From Octopus vulgaris (lineage: Eukaryota), in NCBI GenBank assembly GCA_951406725.2, contig OX597814.1, forward strand, positions 126,976,001 to 127,040,000: DNA of 64,000 nucleotides. The letters run 5' to 3'. Below, piece after piece: positions 24,141-36,075 of the stretch. Every line of letters starts with the position of its first letter. Position 1 is the first letter of the stretch. The position numbers were made by a program, and so were the translations under genes. A model generated the notes under the pieces. That model was not told where the DNA came from. It made no database searches and saw only the letters and a program-made list of their open reading frames with translations.

Positions 24141-25941
24141 TACAAAAAGGCCTGACTTACACAGAATAGAAATGATATCAAGAATTAAAGGGGCTGAAGG
24201 AAAGTATTTCTTCAACCCCTTTAATTCTTGATGATATATATATATATATATCTCATCATTTAAAGCTCATGTTCCTGCTGGCATATGTTGGACCATACAC
24301 ACACATATCATCATGGCAAAAACTTTGTGTGTATGCTTATATACATATAAGTACACATATAATTGGGTTTCTTTATCCAAAATGCTATTGTCAAGTCTAC
24401 ACCTGCTACATTCCCTGCCATTCTGACACTTTCTCATCTCTCCACTAATTGTACTTCCTTCTCCTTACTGTATTAGTCTGCTGGTGTAACTAAGAATATC
24501 AGTGCCAATACCTCTTACCAACATCCTTTCAATACTACCAGCCATCATTCCTTTTCCTGAAAGCCACTTGTCTCTCTTGCCTCAGTACTACTATACTGTT
24601 GTAACCTTTGCCCCACCATATTTTTGCTCATCACTCACTCTTCTATTCAACTTCTCATATATAGACATGTATAGGGTGAAAAGACAAATGATAGAGTCAT
24701 CAGTGTGTTGCACAGAAAGCTTTGTGGTATTTGTTCTGATTTGAATTCCGAGCTAAAATCCCACTGAAAATCAACTTTACCTTTCATATTTTAAGGGATG
24801 ACAAAAAAGTACCAATCCAAGGCAGTGAAGTGGTGAAACTGTAAAAATATTAAACTGGGTGCCTTGTGGTATTTGTTTCAGCTTAATGCATTTTGAATTC
24901 AAATCCCATCATGGCTTATTTGGGTGGTAGATCGAACCTATCATCCAGTTTAACACCACTACCTGGTACCTCTCTGTTGCAAGCATTCAAGCCAGATTTC
25001 CGGTTTGAAAATACCTTTCTCCTTCCCACCAGTCTGGGAAGCCCTGTAATGGGCCATGAGCATTGCCTTCCTTCCTGGCAAAAATAAAAAAGAACTTCAC
25101 TAGTGTTACAATAAAACTGACCCCATAGATGATGGCTCATGGCTGGATGTTATCTGTCTCAAATTCACCAATGTCTTTAATTCTATCACATACAGATGAT
25201 TTATGGTGAAACCTTTTACATTGGGCATGAGGGCTAATCTATACAACAATAAAACTAACCCCAATCACTGTAAAGTGATTGGCAAACAAGCATTGACAAT
25301 GTAGGTTCAGGAGGATTCTTTCATTTTGCTGAGGACATAGCAAACTCTCTGGTACTGGTGATGCAATAAAATGTAGCCATTCACTTGGTAAAGTGGTTTA
25401 AAAGAAGAACATCTAGCCATAGTAACCAAGTTAAAAATGAAATGTACAAGTGAGACATGGTTCTTTAACCCATCTGGGAGAACAGTAACTTTGAATAAGA
25501 ACTATCTCAGCTCCTGATACTTGTCCAACCTATGCCAGTATGGAAAGCGGGCAAAATAATAAGAATAAAGAACTGTCCTGAAAGTTAAGAACATAGGAAA
25601 AAGTTGGAGTTGCCATGGTTACCAGAAAGGTAGTTCAGTGTAAAACATCATACACTAAATACAATCTAATACCTTGTTACTTTCTGGAAGTTTCCTAAAA
25701 GTGGCAAAACTGTTCCAAACAGTCCACCTTAACAGCTGTTGATACTCCATGTCACTGGAGTACTATTTCCTTTTTTTGGATGGGATGCTTCTTTTAATTA
25801 TTAACATAAAAACTCAGATGTTAAACTCTTGGGCTACCTAAGTTCTTCATCAGAATGTATATTTTCTAAAAACACTAACCATAAGCATTTCAAACTCCCT
25901 ATTACTGTCCCTAATTGTTATCTGAAACTGATCCAAGTAAC

Positions 25942-26404
25942 CTCCCTAAAGTCCAACCCCTCCTCAAAGCAGTAGGGTGGTGTAAACGGGCAGTGCCAGA
26001 GCTATGCCTTCGGGAACTTCGGTTCCTGGTAGGGCCACCCAAGGCGGATTGGTCTAGCACCGAGCGGTATTAGGGCCGCAGCTCTGGTGAAAATTCCAAA
26101 ATTCCAAGAGGCGTCTGATCGGCAACTGGCGGCTTCGAGGTCATTCTGTCCCAGAGTCTGTGGAGACTCCGCAGCAAACAGGGCGTCCCGTCACTCGGGA
26201 TATGCATGCGGGATGTCAGGGACCGCTTGTGAATTCAATATTCCCACAAAACTTCTTCTATGGAACCGCAAATGGCTCACTATCTCCAGTGACCTCGCAC
26301 AGGACCGTCGAGCGTGGGCCGCCATGGTTTGTGATGCCGTCAGGACCAGAGAAGAAGCTGGCTCAACCCGCCCTGGGTGAACGCCGTCACAAGGAACAAG
26401 GAAG
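25942..26404 (+). mobile_element. Bipartite (internally deleted) non-autonomous RTE element
   Basis: GC/CpG-rich; RTE 5' UTR-like motif GCTATGCC...GTAGGGCCACCCAAGGCGGA fused to ORF end LAQDRRAWAAMV...AGSTRPG-stop; CAAG-type tail; TSD GATCCAA(G/T)TAAC at 25930-25941 / 26405-26416. Confidence 0.8.
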
Positions 26405-29400
26405 GATCCAATTAACTCTCTTCCTACATTATAAAAAGTAAAAAATTACTTCTCTTTGGGACAGACAGATCTATGTGCATGTGCCAGTTTTCTGATTCAA
26501 GAGAAATTTACACGAAGAAATGTAATACAAGTTGAAATGTATGACCACCTTTTTATTGAGAAACATGAATTTGAAATCAAGAAACAATGTTTTTAGGTTA
26601 AATATAATGGATAAACAATGAAGATAAGTAATGTTGGGATGTTGAAATTCTGTTAGATGTTACAATGATGAAATATTTGTTGTTGATTAAAGAGAAGAAA
26701 GCAATGTTTTTTTCCTTTCTGACAAATTGTAGTTGGTGAATGAGGTAACACTAAACATCTATATAACATTACACTGACAACGCTGGAGACTAATTCGAAT
26801 GTTTAGATGAATGGAATTCAAATTTTGTTTTGTTTCTAAAATTAAGAATTACTTTTAGATGAATTAAAGCAGTGAATAATTGAAAACAATGGGAATTGAA
26901 GTAAATGATGGTAGAGGAGACAGTGTTAGAGAAGGGTTGTTTTAAAGTCACCAATTGTTTATTGGAGTTTTATCAAGAATAATAACACCTCCCAAACTTT
27001 TATTCACTATAGAACAATAAAATTTAAGATTTGGAGGATACATCATTTGTGCTCCGACATCAAGTGTATTCTGTGAGATAATTTGATAACGATATATCAG
27101 AACTACTCAAAAGCTTTGTTAGACAAGACAGCAAAATAAAAACTGAATAAACCTGTAAACTCAAAAACTCCCATTTGAGTGTTAACATCATACCTGAAAT
27201 TGCAATCGTGGTAATACATTGTGAAAGACTAATAAAAAACCCACAGCCACCTTTTGCTCTGCAGAAAGGACAGGGGATGGTAATTCTAGAGTTATTGGAA
27301 GTGGTACCAGATTGATATCATGTTTGATAACAATAGTAACAGGATGTTGAGAAAACGTCTGTATCAAAAAGAGTTTAATGTGATGAGATTTTCCAGGTTT
27401 TTTTTTTAAAACAAAATACCACAGAAGATATGGATGGCTACATGAACAGTTGATATTCTCTCATTATCCTATTGATTTAAGTGTCTTTAAACTTTTCAGT
27501 AAAACCAATAAGTTGGACAGGAAACAGTTCTTACAACAAAAATGTCCTAAAGAGGTGATCAATACACAGAAATGACAGGAATCATCTAACAAAGATGCCA
27601 ATGGAAAATAAAAGAATTTTTTTTTATATATATAATAATGAATGTTTCTGAAAATGATGTCACATGAGATGCTGGGTAAAGGTAGACATGGTTTCTCCAT
27701 ATCCTTCAGAATGGTTTTTCGTCAAATTCTGCAGTGTCTCCTGCATCAAGTTAATGCCATACACGAGTTCTTGCACTACATACGCATCCATCTGTTTTCT
27801 GAAACATAAAAGAAAATTCATTTATAGTGAAATTCAATGGTGATTGTTACCAAAGTGGTCAAGAAGAAATAAATACAACTCTATAGATGAATTTTAGTAA
27901 ATGTACTGAATTACAAGAAAAACAAAATTAAAAAAACTGATTTTTAAAAATATATTAAATATGAAAGGTAACAAGTTAGCCACAATAGAGAAATTTGTTT
28001 AAGAGTATATGATTCTTCATTAAGTCTAATAATACACGACTTTATCCCTGTCAACTCAATTTTGGTTCTTATTACACTTCATAATTTAATCTTGCTAAAT
28101 TTATCATTAATGCAGATGTGAATGCATCTGGTAGCTGTCTGTACTGTAGACAAGAAAACAAGAAGGCACTTAAGAACAGCCTTCTAGAAAAGGATCTAGA
28201 TATAAAAAAGTGAAATAGTTGGGTGGAAAAGTTATTAAGCTGTTAGCATATGTATTATGACACACACACACACATATATATATATTGGAGCCTGGTGCAG
28301 CCTCCTGGCTTCCCAGACCCCAGTCGAACCGTCCAACCCATGCTAGCTTGGAAAACGGATGTTAAACGATGATGATGATATACACAGTAAATGTTATTAG
28401 ACTTTTGGGCATGACTATATTCTACATTACCTCAGTTCAACTAAAATAAGCAGTGACCTTTTTTTGGCCCACCCCCCACCTGTTACTAGCATATTTTTCA
28501 GCTGAAAAATATGTCCTCCAGAAATTTAGTAAAAAAAAATACAAAAATACAGCCCATTTAACCAGAGGCGTCTACTGCTAACTCATAAAATAAGTATTTC
28601 CAGACAATAATTGGTTTTACAATAAACAACACCAAGTTATGAGAAAATACCAGAAAATTTCTCTTGATTGACTTATAAAAACCATACACACACATTCTCC
28701 TTGAAAGGGTATGGAAAAGGTAGAAGTCTGACCCCAAATGACTACAAAGAAACAACAACCTGCAAATAAAGTTGTTTCTATTTTCTATATTTATCTACAC
28801 AATCATACATATAAGTCTACTATTTAAATACTTGCTTTTAATAGTTAATTTCCAAACAAATGACATCAGGTATATTAAACAAGTGTAAAGGATGGACACA
28901 TACAAACATGCATAAATCTGAAACTGAAATTCTTCGATATGTTCAAATTTAAATTTCATTATTTTTCAAACATTTCGAATTGAATCTCAATTTTAAAAGA
29001 AAACTCTGAAATTCAAATCTGATTTGAGTTAGTAAAGATTAGTGGTGGTGATGGTGATAGTTGATATAGTAGAGTTGGTGAGAATTCAAGTGAAGAGAAA
29101 GAAGAAATTGAACAAGGTTCAAAGGAGTTAGGGTTAATGAGGATATCAGCAAACAAGTGCACAAAGTGGATTTAGGTGGAGACATGAAATGCATTCAACA
29201 AGATTACAAGAGCCAAAGGTCCCTAAAAGTAAACTTTTGAGCCTTGATTGCAAGTACCAGATGAAATTGGAGCCAATGTCGGTTTACCTCAGGATGGATC
29301 AGTCATTCAAAAACACACAACTCAATTGAAGAAAGCTTTTGGTAAGATATCAAAGAAGCCATCCTATGTTACTATAGTGAAAAGAGCTAGAGGTGGGTGA

Positions 29401-31369
29401 GAATAAGATGGATATCAGAATACAGAACTAACATGGAGTTGTCTGGCCAGGTTGTACTGTTGTCTAGAGAATAAAAACGCCCTTAAGTGCAGCCACCTGA
29501 AAAAGGAATAGATTTTGCATAAAAATAAATTTTTGTGGATCATAGTGGTATATTCTGATGTTCTTAAATTGTCAAAAAAGTTTCATGCTAGTATGGGTTA
29601 AAAGAATATGTGTTGGGCATAGTATAGTAGACAAGATATTGCACTTCCTATCACTAATCCTTATTTGCTTTCCAATAAGTCTTTTTTTCACTTTACTCAC
29701 CTTTGAAAGCTGAGCTACAGGACGATTTGTTAGTGTGGAAATGTCAATGCTTTTTATGTGGGGACATGGAATATTTAGCGTGCATACACATATGAGCTGC
29801 CAAGGCAATGATCAGCCGAAGAAACAGTAGAAGACACTTGCTCAAAATGCCACTGCATGTTATCTGGAACAAGGGAGACCAAGTGGTAACACAGCAAACT
29901 CTGTATTTACACGGCCATCGTTAGGCTTATATTGATGATTATAATAAACTTTTTCTGTATATTTCACATAATTTTCTTTAATGTAGCCTTTAACTACAAA
30001 AAAGTTCCCCACTTATGGACAAAATTATTATTGTATATTATGAAAATTCTAAAAGTAGAAAAAATTACTAGGACATTGTAAATACAATCTTAAAATAATT
30101 TCCTGTACACTATCATGAGGAAAATCAGGTGCAAGCATGGCCAATAGACACAAATGTGGCTGTGTGGTTGAGAAACTTGCTTCCCAACCATATAGTTTCA
30201 GGGTCAATCCCACTGAACATCACCTTGGGCAACTGTCTTCTACAACAGTCCTGGGCTGGCCAGTCTTTTGAGTGGATTTGGTAGACAGAAACTGAAAGAA
30301 GCCTGCTATACCATTAACATAATTTGATGTCCATGTTCCATGGTGGCATGGGTTGGACTGTATGTATGTGTGTGCGTGTACTGCGTACTCTTGCCTTTAC
30401 ATTATGTGATAGTTGTCAACAAGCATCACTGTCAAACAAATGATGTTTCCAGTTTTCCATGAAACATGTTTGGCCATGGAGAAATATTAAATTGCATGTA
30501 AACAGGAAGGTTGGTGACAGGAAGGGTATCTAGCTGTAGAAAATCTGCCTCAACAAATTCTGCTTGATCTATGCAAGCTTTGGAAAAGTGGACATTAAGT
30601 GATGATGATGACGACTGTCATGAGTATCCTCATTTTAATGTCCATTTTTCTAAGCTTGTATGATCTGGATGGCTTTGTTGCAGTCCCTCATCATCTGATA
30701 CACACAGAGAAGAGAATATTGGTAATCTGTTATTGTATATGTAACAGGCTGTTGATTTTTTCCTTTTTTTGCTTTCAACTAATTAATTTACAACTAAATG
30801 ATATTGTACTGCTGGAACTGTTAAAACAAGTATTTAACTACAACAGTCTCAATGAAAGATCTACACATATGTGAGAGATGAATGAAAGACTATGCAAATA
30901 TTATTAGTAAGAGGTAAAACAATGTAGTGCCGTTAAGGTAGAGTGTAAACATATATTATTATCAGCTATTGAAATAACGAGTACAGATTAGGCAAAAGCA
31001 AAGCCATTTTAAAATGATGGTGATGATGAAGGTACTTATTTTACTGTCTAAAACTGATAAAATAAGTTATAGTAATGCACTGGAGTTTACTTAAAAGTTT
31101 ATAACTCTCCTTTTGGACAACCCTTTACAATAAAATCTAGTTATCCTCTAAATGGTAGGTGACTAAGGGCCTTATAGTATAAATGGTTTCCCTATTTTAT
31201 ACTAATGAAAGGATTAATATAGAAGTGACAGATCATGTAGTATGAGGAAGTAACTTAAAGGATTTCTATCCTTCTTGAATACCATCAAAAAAGTTTGAAG
31301 GTGGTCATTATGACAATAGTAAATATAATTGAATACTTTCCCATTTAGAAAATAATAACAACAAGCTTA

Positions 31370-33060
31370 TTGTGTACAGATGCACAAGTAGGAAAAGGGT
31401 AAAATGGGAGACAGAAAACAGTAACAATTCAAGTAAATAGGGACAGGATAAAACACAAGAAGACAGAAAGGTGATGAGTAAAAGAGGAAAGGGTGCACAG
31501 GTACATCAGGAGGGTGTAGGTGAATTTTGTGAAGCATGATATTTTTGAAGATACAATGTCCTGACAGCTGACAGTTGATGCTTCAACAATTCTGAATGTG
31601 AAAAAAAAGTGTCTTTGAGAGTGAAAAGTATTACAAGTGGTAGAAATACTGAATTAAAGTAAAGTTGGACAAGAATTTTGTTGGAAAATAGCAGATAATC
31701 TTGTGGATTTCTAATGAGTTAGCTGTTGATGTTCAATATATGGTGACTGACAGAGGGTATTCATCTGCCTAGCTTCCAGTAGATTGATATTCTGGACAAG
31801 ATGAGTGTTCCAGACCAGAAATGTGAAAAAGTATGGATCTACTATAGCCATATATAGCTTTAAACAGATAGCCAGTGAGTAGCTGACAAAGGTCTTACTG
31901 AGCGATATTTAGACACCTTCAGCCTTTTTCGTAATTTTGGAGATGGTTTGTCTCACAGAGATCATTGTTGTCAATAATGCCTAAATTACATTCACCAGTA
32001 GACTGACATTAAGTAATTAAATTAATTGTGAGTAATTAAATTCTGAGTTCCTCTAAAAATGTATTGTGGTACACTTGTCTACAGCCAACTTCAGTGTCCA
32101 GGTCAAATTGAAGGAGAGATTTATAGTGTATGAGTTCTGTTCTTTTATCTCAAGGTACAACTTAAAGTTATTTGCATATTCTATTATAGTAACATGCTTC
32201 AAGTTAGCATCTATTGTGTTAATATATGCAACAAACATCAGGGGACCAATATTCCTGCTGAACTCCAGACATCATCAAGTAGGATACAGAATGTTGTCCT
32301 AGCACTGTGACTACCTCTTTTTCACCAACAATGAAGGACTTCAACTTGTTATATAGATTAGCCCCCATGCCCAATGCAAAGGGCTTCACCATAAATCATC
32401 TATATGTGATAGAATTAAAGACTTTGGTGAATTTGAGACAGATAACATCCAGCTATGAGCCATCATCTATAAATCAGGTGATGTCTTTAAGAAATTAGAT
32501 GAGTTAAATCAAAACTGTAAGGGTCAAATAAAATAAAAGTTTCAGAGTGTCTCTCTGACATAGGAGTCTATCAATTTAGCAATACAGTTAGTGAGAATGA
32601 CTGAATGCTAATTGATAGGTGATATGTGATTACCTTTTTTGAACAGAATAACAACACTGGCAATTTTCCACTGTTCTAGGGTAATGCAATTAAAGCAGAA
32701 TTGGAAGAGGCCTTCACATCTGAGGAGCAGGTAAATAACATCATTAAGGTCAGAAGCATAGTTACATGCTCGATGTAGTGTAACAGTATTGCAGAAGTAA
32801 AATAAAGACATGTTTGGGAATTAGGTGGATTTTCAACAGTAAAAATGCCAGCTTAGCATTCACCAATAAGCTCTGCACACTCCTTGGGTTCATCAGTAAT
32901 TTGACCCATGATAGAATTGCAGAGAGGGCTGACAGGAAGGTGAGGCCTGTTTTTGAGCATGCATTTCCAGGACATTCTATTGAGTTGGTTTTAGTACTGC
33001 CCTTTTTAGTTACATGGTTGATATGGTTGGATACTCTGTTTTACCTTCCATTATCCCCCT
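31370..33060 (-). mobile_element. Decayed CR1/L2-group LINE
   Basis: WKIASVVILFKKG, MFVAYINTID, LKLAVDKCTTIHF; same family as 15690-16805. Confidence 0.85.
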
Positions 33061-33693
33061 GTTCTATGTAACCTGTATTCATGTTCAGTATCTCGCTGTT
33101 CTTTACTGATAAGGCGAACAGCTGCATTCTCCCAATCTACATTTTTTAGGTTTCTAACAAATTTATGTGGTACTGGTGCTTCAAATGTAGCCCAGATCCA
33201 ATTGAACACGATTCTTGGACATTGTTGTATTTTAGAACAGTGACCAATTTTGTCACATAGTTCACCCATACATGAAACCATAGCAAGTTTGTCCTGTTTG
33301 TCTATCCATACAAAAAAAAAACTCTCTAAGTATAAAGCATTCATTAAACAGATTAAATATAATAAAGTGCTTTCATGACTGTTGGTTAGATAGAAATATT
33401 TAAAAAGTGATGTGATATGCACTGGAAATAAAAGTATATTACTAAAATATATGCAGTTCAGAGAGTAAATGAATTGTGATTTACCAGAGTTAAGATATAT
33501 TTATCAATATGTGCATACAAATCTGCATGTAAATGCTTCTTTTTGAAGAAAACAAACTTTAACATTAGAAAAAATAAATAATAAGAGTTCAGATTCATAG
33601 CATAAAATTAACTTCCATTTTACTGAAATATTAAACAAACCTAAGAACATTTACTAATGTGATAGTAACACAAAAAAAAACTTTCAAATTGTA

Positions 33694-34953
33694 TCAGGTT
33701 GGAGTAAAAATAATCACAGTTTTTAACCATAAACTTTAAGCAAGACATCTCAACTCAGAATAAATTTTATTAATCAAAATAATAACCATTAGATTCTGCA
33801 CATTTTTGCCAACAAAAAATAACTCTATCTCAGTAGCATTGAATTTTGTTTGCCTTGGAACAGATGAATTCTTTGAAGGCATTTTGAACAAATGCTTGGA
33901 CGTTGAAGACTTTTTGTAGGTCTGGTGAGTCAGCTGGGTGAGTAGTTTTGTAGTCTAATCTGTTTAATTTCTGCAGTCATTTATGAGACATGGTTGAGAG
34001 TAGTCATGGTGAAGAATTGGTACGTCTCACTTGACTAAAGCTGAACATAAACGTTGCAATTCTTGGGGCATTTTGGTATATTTCTAGGCATCTCTGCTGT
34101 GATGATTTCACCAGGGTTTAAGAAATATGAGGGGATGATTCCATTTGCCTTGCAGGAAGTGACCATAACCTTCCTTTGATGCTTCACTCCAGTCCAGCAT
34201 GGAGTGCAATCAGTTGTCATATGAATCCATTTCTTTTTCATCACAAAGCAATCAAGATATACATTGTTAGTGTTGCACCAAAGAAGTAAAGAGCAAACAA
34301 CATAATGGTGTGTTTTAAAATTTTCATTGAGTCCACATGGTACACATTTGCTGAAAGATCAACATTTAGTTCTTCTGCAACACAGTTGTTTTGTGCCATC
34401 ATCATCGTTTAACGTCTGCTTTCCATGCTAGCATGGGTTGGACTATTTGACTGAGGTCTGGCGAACCAGATGGCTGCACCAGACTCCAATCTGATCTGAA
34501 TGATGTTTTTTACGTGCCATCGGTACGGAGGCCAGCTTGTTGCTCTGTCAACAATCTCACTGGTAATCAATTGGTTGTCAATTGCATGTCTTCTGCAAAT
34601 ATTCCTCATTTTCATTATAAAAACTTTGGAACTAAATGTTTGTTGGTGGTCCCCTGGCCAAATGCTTGGTTGATATTATTAGCAGTTTCCATTGCCTTGT
34701 AAATCCAATTTGAACACATGCAATAAAATCACTTGAATTTGCGTTTTTTTCACACCTTTAATTTAATAGTCTAAGAATAAACATCATCATACGTTTTTCA
34801 TGCCAGCATGGGTTGGACAGTGAAAACAAAACCATTGGCATAAATCAATTGTTAAAAACTGCACCTTTAAAATGGTATATTGCACGTACACAATAAAATA
34901 AAATAATCAAAGTTTAAAATAACAAAAACTGCCACATTTTTGCACCAACCTAT
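33694..34953 (-). mobile_element. Decayed mariner transposon with RTE-tail insertion
   Basis: TIRs TCAGGTTGGAGTAAAAATAATCACAGTTTT / AAAACTGCCACATTTTTGCACCAACCTA, TA flanks; KHQRKVMVT...FLNPGEIITAE transposase remnant. Confidence 0.88.
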
Positions 34954-35496
34954 TATTTCTTTAACTTCTGTTGGGATTTCTACTGTTTGTATTAAAAAAA
35001 ACTCTATTTGGAGTTATAGTCAAAATGATTGACACTGAACATTAAGTTGCATCAGTGCTCATCAGCTGTTGAAAAAAAATGAGATCTAAATACAAGATGC
35101 ACCAGGTCACCAAGAATAAGAAAAAATACAAAGAGAAACAAGACATCAAACAAAAAAAATGGCACACATTGTTTAACGAGATATCAAAAAAACATGTCAT
35201 TTAACAAAGCCATCCTCAGTCTCAATGACGACTTTGATGCAGCCATGGAAGTAACTGCATGCTCCAAGTTCAGCCGTTCTCTGCTCCAGCTTTCTTCTTG
35301 GCACCTCCCACCACCCAATGATACCTCAAATGCAGCAGTCCAGGGAACTCAAATCAGTATAGCTAAGAGGTCATATAACCACATGGTTCATCCAGCTCTT
35401 GCTTGATGAGAATTGTTCTCTCCTCATGTAAGACTTACTTGCAGCCAATGTCTTCAGGCACCACACATCTGATAGTGGACTCCACCATCTTGAACT

Positions 35497-36075
35497 CATC
35501 ATCATCATCATTTAACGTCTGCTTTCCATGCTAGCATGGGTTGGACAATTTCACTGAGGTCTGGCGAACCAGATGGCTGCACCAGGCTCCAATCTGATCT
35601 GGCAGAGTTTCTACAGCTGGGTGCCCTTCCTAACGCCAACTGCTCTGAGAGTGTAGTGGGTGCTTTTATGTGTCACCAGCACAAGGGCCAGTCAGGCAGT
35701 ACTGGCAACGGCCACGCTCAAATGGTGTGTTTATGTGCCACCTGCACAGGAGCCAGTCCAACGGCCTCGCTCAAATGTTTTTTCACGTGCCACCAGCACA
35801 AGAGCCAGTAAGGCGACGCAGGTAACGATCACGCTCGAATGGTGCTTTTTACGGAAGCCAGTTTGTTGCTCTGGCAATGATCACGCTCGGATGGTATTCT
35901 TAGTGCTCCACTAGCACGGGTGCCAGTCATCAAATTTGATTTCGATTTCACTTGCCTCAAAAGGTCTTCGCAAGCAGAGTTTAATGTCTAATGAAGGAAA
36001 GGTACGCATAAGTGGGCTGGTTACACCCCTGCATAGGCCATGAGGTTATGGTCTCACTTGGCTTGCCGAGTCTTC
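35497..36075 (-). mobile_element. RTE 3' fragment (ORF end plus complete 3' UTR)
   Basis: Begins with GAAGACTCGGCAAGCCAAGTGAG, matching the RTE ORF end at 5405-5427; tandem hairpin units; (GAT)n tail; CpG-rich. Confidence 0.9.
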
